Of a stretch of 64,000 nt of DNA, positions 1-13,401 are shown piece by piece (within the stretch, counting starts at the first letter, position 1; each line of letters opens with the position of its first letter). Source of the stretch: Flaccisagitta enflata (taxonomy: Eukaryota). The stretch is taken from NCBI GenBank assembly GCA_965153355.1, contig OZ231126.1:26536001-26600000 (forward strand), given 5' to 3'. The translations under genes were made by a program, and so were the position numbers. The notes under the pieces are model-generated. The model was not told the origin of the DNA. It did not search any database and was given only the letters and a program-made list of their open reading frames with translations.

Positions 1-28
1 AATGAATGAAACGTTGAGAACCATGAAT

Positions 29-144
29 CTCTAGACCTATCCCGAGCTCTATCAGACATATCCCAAGCTCTATCGGACATATCCCGAGCACTATCAAACC
101 TATCCTGAGCTCTATCAAACCTATCCCAAGCTCTATCAAACCTA
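29..144. repeat. 21-bp minisatellite (~5.5 copies)
   Basis: CTCTATCAAACCTATCCCGAG units; probably internal to a HINE-like copy ending near 326. Confidence 0.85.
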
Positions 145-329
145 ATTGTAGATAATTATGATAATTGAAATGAGGAGTAACATGAATGATGAACACAAAT
201 GATTTCAAACATTTTTGGCAATTTTTCACTCCAGCATGACCAACCGCCGACCAACCAACCTACCAACCGACCAACCAATCTACCAACGGACAGAAGCTCT
301 TACAGAAGTGCCATGGAGCACCCAATAAC

Positions 330-948
330 AACCTGAAATTAGGGCATTTGTGTCCTTTTTTGACATTTTGGCCCATTTTGTCCCATTTTGTTACTATGTT
401 TGTATATGAAATTTCAAGAAAAATGGTTGACAAAAAAAAGTTTTATAGGAAAAATTGTTTTTTACCAAAAATCATCAAAATTTCAAAATCCCATAACTCC
501 TTCAAAATTCAACTATGACTGTTGAAATTTTGCATACACATTAAAAGTTCTCAGGACTACTATCATGCCAAAAATTATCATGTTAAGCCAATTATTTAGG
601 AAAATATAGCTATTTTTCATTTTTTTTGAATTTTTTGTTTTTTTAGTGTCATTCCCTTAAAAATTGGCCAAAAATATTTTTCAAAAGATGAAATTTGTAG
701 CCCTGGAAATTACCTATAGGTAACATAAAAGACAAATTTTGAAATAAGTTTTTTGGCCTACTATAGCAATTTTAAGAGAAAAATTTTTTTTGACAACCAA
801 AAACAAAAATTGCCCGGAACAGCTCCAAACCCTTATGGGGGTGGGGGTACTATAGGTGCACACCACAGAAAAATTTCAGATCCCATATCTTTGTAATTGG
901 AGAGATATGGCTTCCCTCCTTATCACCAGTTCTTTGATTCCGGTACTG
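330..948. mobile_element. Probable Tc1-type element remnant (one end only)
   Basis: Ends ...GATTCCGGTACTG|TA, a CAGT-type terminus on the minus strand. The other TIR was not found, so the left boundary is approximate. Confidence 0.35.
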
Positions 949-1446
949 TAGCTTTATTTCTTCGATCAAGATGATTACAGAGAAAAGTATTTTCGTCCCG
1001 TCACTTATATGAAGACGGTCTTGCTTTTATCTTTGTTTTTGTTTTTTTTTTTCTCTAAATATCTTTATAAGTTGTTTTCGTTGTTTCGAAGTTTCAAATT
1101 GAAAAAAACATTCACGGAAGTCGAGCAGACTGATTGAGAAAGTGAAGATAAAGAAGTACTCTGAATAATTAAACCGTGAACTGTGATTTGTACTTCAGTG
1201 ACGAACTCGAACGAATTTGTTTAGAATTGTTAAAATTTGGAATTTAAATCGATGCTCACATCGGCCACTTTGTTTTCAATTCCGATTCAGCATTTCTGAT
1301 AAGGCGGAAGACGATAGAAGCGATCGGTTACTAGTTGGTTGGTAACCATGGCAAACAAAAAAAGACAGTTACTTCAATGTACTCCTACGCACTGATTTTT
1401 TTGATTTGCTGTAAATCCTTTTAGGTAATAATAGTGAATCAAATTA

Positions 1447-2144
1447 CAGGGTGTATCACATCAAACAGGACAAAAGAAAACGATGTATTTTTGCTTCTAG
1501 AAGTGCAAAATCATTTCTGAAAACTGTTTCTAAAAGATAACTTCAGACGATTTTTGAATGATACAGACTTTTGCTAGTCATGGTTAACATATATCCTCAG
1601 CAAAACCATGAAAAAATGCCTTTTTTTAGCAAAAAATGCTAATTTCTATCCAAATTCAAGGTTTTTCCTTAGATTTTTCAAGTCATATTCACATATAGAT
1701 GACAAAAAATGGTCAGAAATGTTTGTCAGTTACGCTAGGACACTGAAGGTTGGGATTCCCTCATGACCTTTGTCAAAATTGTATCATTCAATATAGTTAT
1801 TGAAATTTTTATCAGCACACAAACTTTTTTGTAATGAAACTTACAAAAAAAATATTCTGAACCTCACCTTTTTGTTGTTTTTACCTCACATTCTTTCTTT
1901 AATTCAAGACCAAGTATTGCAGTTTTGTTTTTTTAGATGAAAAGTCAATATACAACAAAACAAGCAATAACTAAAGTAAAAATATAAAGGCTTAAAATTT
2001 TTAAAGCAGTTTTTTAAAATATGGCAAAATACTATCTGCTCATATTTTTTAAAGCTTTCTGAACCTGTTAACAGAATCATTCTACCATTTCTAGAAGCAA
2101 AGATACATCGTTTTCTTTTGTCCTGTTTGGCGTGGTACTCCCTG
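1447..2144. mobile_element. Tc1/mariner-type MITE
   Basis: TA|CAGGG...CCCTG|TA with a ~55-bp imperfect TIR (AAACAGGACAAAAGAAAACGATGTAT / ATACATCGTTTTCTTTTGTCCTGTTT). Confidence 0.82.
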
Positions 2145-2484
2145 TATCTAACCAGCGAAAAAATCAGAACTAAAAAAAGTTTATTTTTGGGCCCGTAGCA
2201 TCACTTTTTGTGAAAAAACATCAGAAATGAAAGAAAGGGGAAAACTCCATGTATAATATAGAAATAATATAGAAATTGGATATGTTAAAATATTTTAAGG
2301 AGAACTAAATTCTTTTCTAAATATGGCAAAGTACTTTATACCCCTTCATGGTGACCTATCATCCCATGATATATCTTCTTGAAGATGAATTCCCATTCCT
2401 CCAATCATTAAGATTTCCCTTTAACACAAAATAGTATAAATTGTCCATATTCCCACCCCAATAGTTTAATTGAGAGGAGGGGTA

Positions 2485-2894
2485 CCACGTGGATCAAAAA
2501 AAAAGACGCACCTATTATTTTATTGATAAAATAGATAAAAAAATCAATTTTGACTATTTTGAAGGAAAGCATTTTAAAAGATTTTCAAATTTTCTTTCAA
2601 TCCAGACCAATCCCAGATCTCTATCTCAAACGGTTTAGAAGCTAGAGCCCTGCAAAGAGAAGCACTAATTTGCTGAAATGCATTTTTACTTATGGATTGC
2701 GAAACTGAAATAGGCAATGTTTTCACTCAAACTAATGCCATTTCTAAACAAAAAAAGATAGCAACGTGAGATTGGCGCCATTTGAAAGTACTTTTGAAGG
2801 GCTTTAAAATGGCCTAAGATTTTAATTAGTTTTTCTAAGATTTATAGGCATAATCAGTCATTCGAAAGTGCGTCTTTTTTTTTGAGTCGTATGG
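2485..2894. mobile_element. TA-flanked MITE, same family as 54265-54549 in the opposite orientation
   Basis: TA|CCACGTGGATCAAAAAAAAAGACGCAC...GTGCGTCTTTTTTTTGAGTCGTATGG|TA; internal similarity to the 54.3-kb and 56.5-kb copies. Confidence 0.75.
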
Positions 2895-4439
2895 TAACAG
2901 CTAGGGAGTCGGATCCCCATAGTTCCTTTTTTTTCAATTGGATTTAACCTTTGCTGAATTGACTATCCCTGTCAATGCCAGAAGTCAGCACTAACATCTA
3001 TCCCTTAACCAAATAGCTATAATGAAAAATTATAATTGTTTGAGAGATAAGACAAAAGTCTTGTTTTCTGCATAAAAATTACTTATCCAAAGGTTTTGAA
3101 TTTCAGTAACCACTAAACTTAGGTCGTACCTAAAATTGGATATGTAAGTATATGAGTGGAAGCATATACTATACAGAAATGAGTAGCTTTTGAATGTTTT
3201 ATTTTACTTTTATATGTTAAGTCTATTTTTCAATAACATTTTTCTAAAGTTTTTTGTAAGATACTTTTTGTTGCACATTTCATACATTGTATATTTGCAA
3301 TTTTCAAAAAAATCATTAAACAAGTTTTATAAAAATTGATGCTACGTGTGCAAAAAAAAAATCTTTTTTAAGTTCTGATTTTTTTGCTGAGTAAAAAAAT
3401 TGACATACTATGAACACTTGAAAAGATTTTTGAGGCTGCTCAAAAAATGAGCTTGCAGTAGCGACTTTATGTCATGTGAAAATTTTATTCAATTGGCGAT
3501 TCATTATTTGACACTTTTTGCAAAAATTGACGCTACGGCCACAAAAATTGACGCTACGGCCACAAAAATTGACTTTTTGAGTTCTGATTTTTTGCCGAAC
3601 CAAAAATTTGTCACAATAATACCACCTAAAAGGTTTTGAAGTCATTCCAAAAAATGGGTATGTGGTGGTATCTTGAAAATCACTGTCTTTTTTTATTTTT
3701 GCCATAGTTAAGTTGATTTGTCGGATGGTTGGTCGGTTGGTCAATGGTCATGCTGTGAATGGGCCAACCAACGAATGGACGGACAGACAAACAAAGCGGG
3801 GTGTAGAGTCGGCTGGCTTCTAACAAGTCCAAGTAGGCCAATAGGTGCGCCGGATGGGTTGTCAAAGGTTAGCGTGACAGACCAACGGACAAATATAGAG
3901 GTGCGTCGGCGCACCTAAAAATGTAATGGAGGAGGGGAATAAGTTGAGGCAGTCGTGGATCTTTTCGATCGGTAATGCGTTCGGTCGGTCACAAGGTTGC
4001 TCATTCTTTCTGTCTCAGTCGTAGGAAGAATAAGAACGATTTATTGTTTTCTGTAATCACAAACATAGTCATAAACAAAAAGCGTTTTGGCATTAGTTTG
4101 GCCGTGATTCAAAAGAATGGTTCAACAGTTGTTTCTCTCGCTATCTCCCCCCCCCCCCTTCCCTCGTCTCCTCGACTTAGGATTTCAGCTCGTCGGCTTT
4201 TCGACGCCTTCAAAAGTGACTTGAAAGTGATTTGTATGTCGCTCAAAAACATAGTAACAAATTTGGTGAAAATCCTCAATGATCAAAGATGCGTCTCGGG
4301 GTTTCAAAGCGGGTCAAGTCAAACACTGGGATGGACGGACGGATGGACGGATGGACGGATGGATGGACGGACGGCTGGACTGGGGCGGTGATGGAAAATC
4401 GCCGAACAAACATTTGGGCAGGGGCAAAGATAAAACGCA

Positions 4440-4443
<4 letters not shown>

Positions 4444-4524
<81 letters not shown>
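4444..4524. repeat. (CA)n microsatellite
   Basis: Direct reading. Confidence 0.97.
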
Positions 4525-4527
<3 letters not shown>

Positions 4528-4827
4528 CCATATGATATGTTCATGTATGAGCAACGGACTGACGAATTGACTATTTTGTCAGGACGAATAATAGAGCCTT
4601 TTTGAGGAAGATTGAGCTGGATGAAAATACCGACAGAGCGACAAATGGTTGGATGGATCGACCCAGGAACCGTGCTATATAGACAATGATTTAGGCTGGG
4701 GAAGGAGGGAGGGTAACCGTAATTTATTGAGTAGAAAAATAGGAAATCTCAGTGGGTGGTTATTTTGCAGCGTGTACCGAACAGACAATGTAAGGTGTCA
4801 GACTGTTTACGAAGGAAGTAACCGTGG

Positions 4828-5665
4828 CCGGTAATCGGGAAAAAAGTCGAAGTCAGTCTTCGACTTTTTGACATATTCAAGAGAAACAGGGTTTTCATTT
4901 TCTTATGCGGAAGGGCTGATTGGTCCCTCAAACAAAATTGATAGGGTAAGTAAATTTAATAATTCTCTTTCATTTGGCGCCAAGCAGAATGCTCTACAAC
5001 AAATATTTTTTGCGTTATGATTTTTTAAAGATTTTTTGATGAAAATTGTGAATTGATTTTTTTTTTTTTTTTTTTTATGATTTTAAGTAGGATCAAAAAA
5101 GGAGTGTATTTATATTTGTATGATCATGCAAATACAAGAAAACATGTTTATGAGCATAGCTGCTCATCTGTGAGGGTGTCTTGGAGGATTCTAGCTCATT
5201 TGCTCATTTAGCTCAGTTTCTTTTTTTTATTTTAAATGTGATATATGAATAGATATTTTAATATATGTTTAAAAAAGCAGATACAAAATAGCAGATCAGA
5301 GAGCATAACTGCTCATCTCTGAGGGTGTTTCTAAGCATTTTAGCTCACTTAGCTCATATAGCTCAGTCTTTTTTTTCTGATTTTTAATGGGATAAATAAA
5401 TGTTTTGATGGGAGCATGTAAATACAAGAAAGCATGTCAGTGAGCATAGCTGATTTTCTGGTTGAGTGATTTTGAGCATTTTAGTTCATCTAGCTCATTT
5501 GGCTCAGTCCTATTTTTCTCTGATTTTCAGTGCAATCAATACATAAAATTGCTCTTGATTTGATCTAATAGAAAAAAAGATTTGCAGTCACTAAAGACAA
5601 AGGCTTGATGAAAATTGACCAATGCTTACGACTTTTTTCCTCACGGCGACAGCCGCCATTACTGG
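4828..5665. mobile_element. Dispersed DNA-transposon-like repeat with ~145-bp internal subrepeats
   Basis: The right ~220 bp recur inverted at 63644-63868 (CCAGTAATGGCGGCTGTCGCCGTG...), with a related terminus at ~11415-11455. GAGCATAGCTGCTCATC-like units at ~5152, ~5301, ~5442. Confidence 0.6.
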
Positions 5666-5904
5666 TAAATTAGTAATCAGGTTGTCTATCATTTAATTAA
5701 AGTTATGAATGGTGAGTTGGTGTGTTATTATAGTAAACTGAGCCATTCAGAGTTGAAGGTTGTGTAAGTGACTAGGATGTGTACAAGATGGCATGATGGC
5801 ATAATGGCTATCACTGCGGGTGGATCTTCGATTGGGTAAGAAGATTCTGCATGGGCGAGAATGGGATAACCTGCTTGAGAAATTAGCATGTCAGCCTGTT
5901 TTCT

Positions 5905-5935
<31 letters not shown>

Positions 5936-6069
5936 TTTTGTAAGTGGCGTGAGTGATCTTCAAAACAAGCAGTCTTGAAAGAATGATAGAATGAGTCATC
6001 GCTTCACCGAAAAAAGCGTTAAAAAAGTTTTTCTTTTTTTCACCGGGCTGAGAAGGTTGTCGACTGTAC

Positions 6070-6603
6070 TTTTTGGCCAGCGGCCCCGAAGCCGATGACT
6101 TCTGCTTACACACATTGGGAAATTTCTCCTCCTTCTTCTCTATCCTTCCGTCTGTCCGTCCACCCCCCTCCCAAGCTTCGAGACCCAAATTCTGCCAAAT
6201 TTAGCCAAAACCCGCCAACTTTGATCAAACTTAGCCCAATTTCAGGCCGCCAAATTTGGCAATTCAGTCTAATTTGGCAAAATTTGGCCAAGCTCAGCCA
6301 AATTCAGCCTTATTCTGCTAAATTCTGACTAAATTAACCCATTGTATCCCAGCCTGAAAGCCCAGCATGCAGCATCAGGCACAAAATCAATGCCTGAGGC
6401 CCAAATCCAAGCCTCAAGACCAAAATCCCAGCCCCAAAGCCCAATGCCCAAGGCCCAACTACCAGAAAGAGAAGGAGGAGAAATTTCCTCACATGTGAAA
6501 GTATAGGTCATCGTCCCCTGCCCTGCTCCCCCCCTCCACTTCAATCATAACCTACTTAGGCAGGGCACGGGTACCGCTGACCATCTAACGATCTTGCAAC
6601 TAT
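6070..6603 (+). mobile_element. HINE-like group B copy
   Basis: TTTTTGGCCAGCGGCCCC start, internal inverted repeat (GAAATTTCTCCTCCTTCT / AGAAGGAGGAGAAATTTC), degenerate tandem repeats, GGGTACCGCTGACC end. Confidence 0.75.
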
Positions 6604-7908
6604 TATGGATTAGCGAGTTGCGAGTCACCTTCACCCATCATCCAGTTGCTTGGCGGGATAGGTCCCCCGCCATTCAAAAACGCCCCCGGAAGGTGATCCA
6701 GAAAATTTAATTAGGATCCTCGGATTTATCAAAATACACTCTCTCGTGTTGCATCTTCAAATTTCCCAATGAAAATCTTTGACTTTCTAGATTGTTTCAA
6801 TTTCGTCAGACTGAAAAACATTGATTAAGTTTCTTAAAAGTTAAGAGTCTCATCTGCCATGTTTAAAATTGAAGATTGTAATTGTAAGTTATCTGAGTTC
6901 TGAAGTTGATTATCATTAGGTCATATCAAATGCAGAAAGAAACATTGTTACTGCAGCATGCATATAAGCACATCAAATCGCTTAAGACTTGTGAAAGGAA
7001 CTTCAAGGACGTAACATAGTCATGGCGAAATATGAACTTATGTTCAGAGGCTAATTTGTCCCCAAACCGTGATTATGTAATAATGTAATTATGCAATTAT
7101 GCAATGATTTTGTAATCATGTGACTTTGTGTGTAATTGTAAGGACGCAACTACTTTCCTGTCGAGCTTTTTTTTTCTTTCCGCTTATGAAGTGAAACTGG
7201 GCCTAAAATGCGGCGGTCGTTGCTTTGATAGGAATCATTGCTTGTTTGGTGAATCTTTTTACTTTTATTTTTTTTCGAAGGAGAGATAGCTCTAACTGAT
7301 TTTTAAGTCCTGTGTCGTTTTCTTTCATGCGGGTCCTGACCAAAAATCCTTTTCATCCTAACTTCATGTCAATTCGTTGAATCGGCTTGAAACTTGGATA
7401 TGGCAGCTTTTATTATGCTTTGGATTTATTTTTGAAATGTTCAAACATCTGTTCGAGTTACTTTAATTCGATACTCTACAAAAAGCTGAGACACTTTGTT
7501 TTCCTCACTTAGATCTTCGATCGAATCTCCCTCCCCTCTCCCTTCATTTCTGAAGAACATTTTCCCCCGGAATTATATATGTTTTGAAATTTGTCCATAA
7601 ATGTTGACTCTTGAACACTCGCAACTTAACAAACATGAAATAAATCAAGATAATGATGAAACAAATCGAATTTGGTTTGTTTTGTCTCGACCAAAAATGA
7701 ATATGGAAAGCAGTTATCGTTGTCAAAAATCTATATCTATTTCTAATTTCTTTTTTCATGCCGCGAAGTGTTGGCTTTCACTTGGCATGTTTCATTTAAG
7801 AAAAAAATCATATCAGGGCCAAATAGGTCATTCGCTCGCAGATAAGAAGGGGCAGCAATGCAGCACTTTTCAGTTTAACGATTGTTTGGCTGAGGTTAGT
7901 GATGCAAG

Positions 7909-8131
7909 AAACAAGTGACGCGGGGTCACAATATCGTTGCGGACGGGTGGGCAGAGGCATCCAACACCCATCCACATCTCAAATCCCATACCCCACACAC
8001 TAACATACACAAAGATATCCAAAACGCTTGGTTTTCCACTTTTTGACTCAATCATTATCAACATACCAACGGATCAACCCACGGACGGACAGACAAAAAC
8101 TCTTAAAGAGTTGCATGGCCGCAACTAAAAA
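7909..8131 (-). mobile_element. HINE-like group A short copy (GTTGCGG subtype)
   Basis: AACAAGTGACGCGGGGTCAC end, GACG microsatellite, AGTTGCATGGCCGCAACTAAAAA hairpin end. Homologues at 17241-17461(-), 23855-24127(+), 47300-47548(+), 53345-53565(+). Confidence 0.8.
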
Positions 8132-8245
8132 GAGCCGAATTCACGGCACCACAGTCACGCGGGTAGACCGACCAAACGACTGAACGACCGACACAGCAAC
8201 GTATAGTGTCCCGTGTCCGCGACTACAAACTGCTCGTCAACACTC

Positions 8246-8441
8246 AAGACCGACAAAGCTAAGTGTCACCAACCAATAGACCGACAGACTGACAAAGACC
8301 GACAAAGCTAAGTGTCACCAACCAATAGACCGACAGACTGACAAAGACCGGCAAAGCTAAGTGTCACCAACCAATAGACCGACGGACCGACGAAGACCGA
8401 CAAAGCTAAATATTACCAACCAATAGACCGACGGACCGACA
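8246..8441. repeat. 49-bp minisatellite (~4 copies)
   Basis: AAGACCGACAAAGCTAAGTGTCACCAACCAATAGACCGACAGACTGACA units, no spacers. Confidence 0.9.
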
Positions 8442-8908
8442 CGACAACGTGACTTGAGACGCCTTCACGCCGTTGCAAAGAATTTGGGGGAAACCGGCGA
8501 GGTAAATTGTAGAAGATAAATCTTTTTTGATTATTGGCACGATTTTCTCCCTTTTTGAGACAGCCAGTGCCAGTGCCAGTGGCCCGATAGAGTGTTGCAA
8601 GCTCACTTATATGATTTCGAAGATCCAGTTCGTCAACTCGATGAAAACTTGGTCCATTGAGTTTGATCCTTCCGGTTTTGACCTTAATTTGAATGAGGAA
8701 ATCGTCTTTCATCTTAATTGGAGAACACACCTTACAGAATCGATCATATTTGGTGATGCAGCATGCAGCTTGAAGCTATGGTATATAAAATAATGATTGA
8801 AAAATGGTACGCGAAGAAAGTCCTAGATTTATGCCTGAACAGACAAACACGCTTTTATACTCCTCTTCCTGCATCACGATCTGGGCCCATCATTTGAAGG
8901 GCGAAAAT

Positions 8909-9133
8909 GACCAAATTTGCTCATTTTTGATCACTAATTCAGCCAACAGGTTAAAAGCCGGTAGAAAAGGATCGAGCCAATGACAGAATCCATTGTTTAT
9001 TGAAAACAAAAAACATTTTAACCCGATAAAGACCAAATTGGCTCATTAATTGCCATTTTCGATCACTAATTCACATAATAGATTAAAAGCCAGTAAAAAG
9101 GATCGAGTCAATGACCGAATCCATTATTTATTG
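8909..9133. repeat. Diverged direct repeat, two copies of ~95-105 bp
   Basis: GACCAAATT..GCTCATT..GATCACTAATTCA..TTAAAAGCC..AAAAGGATCGAG..GAATCCATT occurs twice. Confidence 0.75.
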
Positions 9134-9704
9134 CCAAAGTGAGGTTTGATTTATTGTTGAAAAATAATTCAGTGGCCAGTAAAACAAATCCACATCCATT
9201 GATTTGATCTGGAACAGTTCAGCCGTAACACAGGGGTTTGGAGGCTAAGGGCTAAATGATTGACTCACGTAATAGGAAACATACAGACAAGTACAAGTGT
9301 ACAAGTATAAGTGTATATTGGAGAATTATGGCCTCCTTTTATAAGGGCAATGTTGTTTCAACTTTCCTAAGTATCAGTACCTTGGTTGGGAAAAAAATCG
9401 AAAAACGTTTTTCGATTTTTTGAGTTTCGCTTAGGAATTAATTTTTTCCATTTTCGCTTAGGGCGTTTTGGGAAGTTGAGTCACAACTAGGCTCGCCCGA
9501 GGCTGGGGTTGAAATTGGTACAGGGTGTAAGAGGCCACTTTTTTACACCTTCTGGAAAAAAGCAGGGCACTGTTGGACCAATACTTTAGGCGCTAAGATT
9601 TTTTTAATCTTTTTTTATTTTTTCATATTTTCTGTATATTTCTCAGAGATTGATATTTTTCATCGATCTCAATTTTTGGAGCTACATACAACAAAAATGA
9701 GTTC

Positions 9705-10332
9705 AGCAGAGGGCAGAGGGAGGGAGGGAGGGTGAGGGAGGGAGGGAGGGGAGGGAGTGAGGAAAGGAAGGGAGAAAGAGGGAGGGAAAAGGAGAGAGGG
9801 AGGGAGATGGAGGGAGGGAATGAGATGGAGGGAGTGAGAGGGAGAGAGGGAAGGAGGGAATGAGGGAGAGTAAGAGGGAGGGAGAGGGAGGGAGAAAGAG
9901 GAATAGGGGTAAGGAAAGGGAAGGAGGGAAAAGGGGAGAGGGGGAGGGAAAGGGAATGATAAAGGCAGGGAGAGAGGGAGTGAGAGAGAGTGGGAGGGAG
10001 AGTGGAAGGGAGAGAGGGAGGGAGAAAAGAAGGGAGAGAGGGAGGAAGGGAGAGAGGGAGGGAGGGAGAAAGGGAGGGAGGGAGAGGGAGGGAGAAAGGT
10101 GAAGAGAGAGGGAAGGAGAGAGGGAGAGAGAGAGAGAGGTAGAGAGGGAGGAAGGGAAAGACGGAAGGAGAGAGGGAGAGAGAGAGAGAGGTAGAGAGGG
10201 AGGAAGGGAAAGATGGAAGGACAGAGGGAGGGAGAGAAAGAGGGAGGAAGGGAGAGAGAGAGAGAGGGAGGGAGAGAGGGAGGGAGAGAGGGAGTGAGGG
10301 GAAATAGTCGCAAAAGTGTGAGATGGTCTGTG

Positions 10333-10391
<59 letters not shown>

Positions 10392-10468
10392 TCTGTGTGT
10401 GTGTCTGTTTGTCTCTCTCCCTCTTTCTTTTTTTTCTCTCTCCTCATTACATTCACGCGCCTCTGTGT

Positions 10469-10511
<43 letters not shown>

Positions 10512-10530
10512 TGTGTGTGTGTGTGTGTAC
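9705..10530. repeat. ~600-bp polypurine (GGA/GAGG) tract followed by (GT)n tracts
   Basis: Direct reading. Confidence 0.95.
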
Positions 10531-10532
10531 AC

Positions 10533-10808
10533 TAATCACCGCAAAAATCGACCCGTATCGGACAAACTGACCGAGACTCCTTCCTGTATCGTTGACCCGA
10601 TGACCAGTGTGCCACACCGAGACAGACAGCCGAGACAGACAGGCAGACAGAAAGACAGACAGACAGACAGACAGAACACCGGAACAGACCGCCGATAGAC
10701 AATGGGCATAATCAAGGAGAAGAAAGGGAGAGGTCGAGGGGAGACAATGGAGAGAAAAATGTAAGTGTGAATGGAGAATGGGGAAGAGAGAGAGAGAGAA
10801 AGAGAGAA

Positions 10809-10875
<67 letters not shown>

Positions 10876-11339
10876 TGACTAGCTCATACTCATGCCAAGG
10901 ACGAATTGAATTGCATTATTAAGAAAAACGTTGTGACAAAAATTGCTAATCGAGAAAATAAAACAATATTTGCCCTCTTTAGCAATTGGTGATATTTTTC
11001 TTCAAACCTACACCATTTCTAAACAAATAAAGCAACAGACACCAGACACAACTCAAATGAAAGATATTTTGAAGGGGTTTACAGGCATCATCAATTTTAA
11101 TCCATTTTTCTCACGTTATATCGTGTTATGGTTCAGAAAAAAGGTCTTAAAAATCCGCCATTTTAGAATTTGATAAGTAAACCATGAAAAAAATAGTGAA
11201 TCGTATCGGAAATCGATATCTAGCTTTATCTAATAATCGATATATAGCTATCTCTTCTCGTATCTATTGGAGACGAGAATTACCTAGATCGTGCAGTAGA
11301 TCGTAATCTAGTTTGTACGACCTGTATCGTCAGTGATTA
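10533..11339. mobile_element. Non-autonomous hAT-type element, copy 1
   Basis: Ends TAATCAC...GTGATTA. 8-bp flank GTGTACAC on both sides (10525-10532, 11340-11347). Nearly identical to 13541-14363. Confidence 0.9.
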
Positions 11340-12433
11340 GTGTACACACATACACACACAGAGGCGCGTGAATGTAATGAGGAGAGAGAAGAAACTGAAA
11401 AAAATAAAAACAATTTTACGATTTTTTTCCGGTCGGCGAGAGCCGCCTTTACTGGTAGAGAATGCCGGCGGTCCAAGTTGGTTGTACCTCGATTCTTGCC
11501 TCTAAGGGTATGGTTTTCTATTCAATATTGCAAGTGTCAGTACTTCCATCAGTACATTGGTAATCTTTGATTGTAACTTTTGTAAGATATTTTGTGTATA
11601 CTAAATGGTATAGGCCTGTCCAACCCTATACTAATGAGGTATGCAATCAAGCTAATAGTTTTGTAAGGTAAGCTTTTTGTTTGTCAGTAGTAAAGGATAG
11701 TTGTGAGCAATCCGGAGTAAACACCATTGAAAAGCTTGTATATTGGAGAATTCTGGCCTCCTTTTATAAGGGCAATGTTGTTTCAACTTTCATAGGACAT
11801 TGTGTTAGTACCAGCACCTCAACTTATATTTTCAAGTGTTAGTCTTCTGCAAGTGCGTCGGATGAAAAATTGATCGAATTTAAGGATTTTTGAATCATGA
11901 AGTATTGGAGCTAATTTAGGCACCAGAGACACGTTAGAGAAATAATGATCTTGGGTACTAGTTCCAACAACCTCTGCAAGCACCTTTCACAGGGCATTTG
12001 TAATATATCATCTATCAATATCCTGAAAACGTAAACTTTTTTTCCATCTTCGAAAGCGAATCCAAGTCATGAAAAACTCAGGAAAAAGCCAGAAAACCAA
12101 AATTAATTGCGCGTGTTGATTTAATCCAAGTGCCGAGTCAACCAAGTGTGGACGAAGCAAACCAAGTGTAGACTAACCAAGTGGGCGCTGAGGCTTCCGA
12201 ACGCCGACAGACCCAACCTAAGGTCAACAGAGGTCACGAGACAGAATCGGCGATGGGGTATTTTAGGGTGGCGTAGGGAAGGGGTTGGGTCAGTCCGATT
12301 TTGATGAAGCTAATTTGCTGAAAAATCTCGGGGAAAAAAGATCGAAATATGCCATCAGAACTGTCTTTGTCAAAAACGGTAAAACGCTGGATTTTTTGGC
12401 ATTTTCAAGATGTTTTGGTTGTCTTCGTTGTTC

Positions 12434-12494
12434 GTTGTTGTTGTTGTTGTTGTCTCCGTTGTTGTTGTTGTCTCCGTTGTTGTTGTTGTCTCCG

Positions 12495-12548
<54 letters not shown>

Positions 12549-12593
12549 TTGTTGTTTTTGTTGTTGTTTTTGTTGTTGTTGCTTTTGTTGTCG

Positions 12594-12654
<61 letters not shown>

Positions 12655-12697
12655 CGTTGTCGTTGTCGTTGTTGTTGTTGTTGTTGTTGTTGTTGTT
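12434..12697. repeat. (GTT)n microsatellite
   Basis: Direct reading. Confidence 0.97.
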
Positions 12698-13287
12698 ATC
12701 GTTGGAAGAAAATCCCAGTCGTCATGTCAGCTTTATGCTGGAGACATTCCCGTCAAACCGTAACCTGGTGAGCGGTGCCAACCTCTTTCATCGTTTTCCA
12801 CCGACCCTATTTACAGCTTTTAAAATCCTCCGCCTTCCTCTTATTCAACTGTCATAAATGCTGTCCGTTCCATCGTTGTTATTCACACCTCCATCTCCCC
12901 CCCCCCCTCACCATCCCTTTCTACTTCTCATCATCATCCATTACGTCCCACCCCCCCCTTTTTTTTCTCTCTTTTTTGACTACTCATCAGTCATGCAAAT
13001 GTATCCCAAGTGCGCTTCCGGACATTTCATATCCGAGACCTGAGGAGGTCAGCCCTTTTTGTTTGACCTTGCATCGTATGCAAATAAGGTCTTTTGCACC
13101 TCTTATTATCGCTTTTATCTTCTTTCATTCTCTTTTTCTTTCAATCCTTTTCTTTTTTCCTCCGTCAGTTACTATCTTGGTCTTTGGCTCTTACTCTGTT
13201 GTCTCCCTATCCGTCTGTCTGAAAGCTTGTGTTTCTGGCAGTTAGCGTCTATCCGTTTCAGATTATCTCTTTCTCTCTCTCTTTTTT

Positions 13288-13401
<114 letters not shown>

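Noticed and set aside
8246-8441. Regular 49-bp repeats resembling a CRISPR array
   Set aside because: Units are contiguous with no unique spacers, there are no cas genes, and the context is eukaryotic.
9623-10698. Long ORFs of 161-287 aa
   Set aside because: Translations of polypurine and (GT)n tracts.
10943-11173. 76-aa ORF conserved in two copies
   Set aside because: Identity reflects recent transposition; no transposase motifs, non-ATG start.
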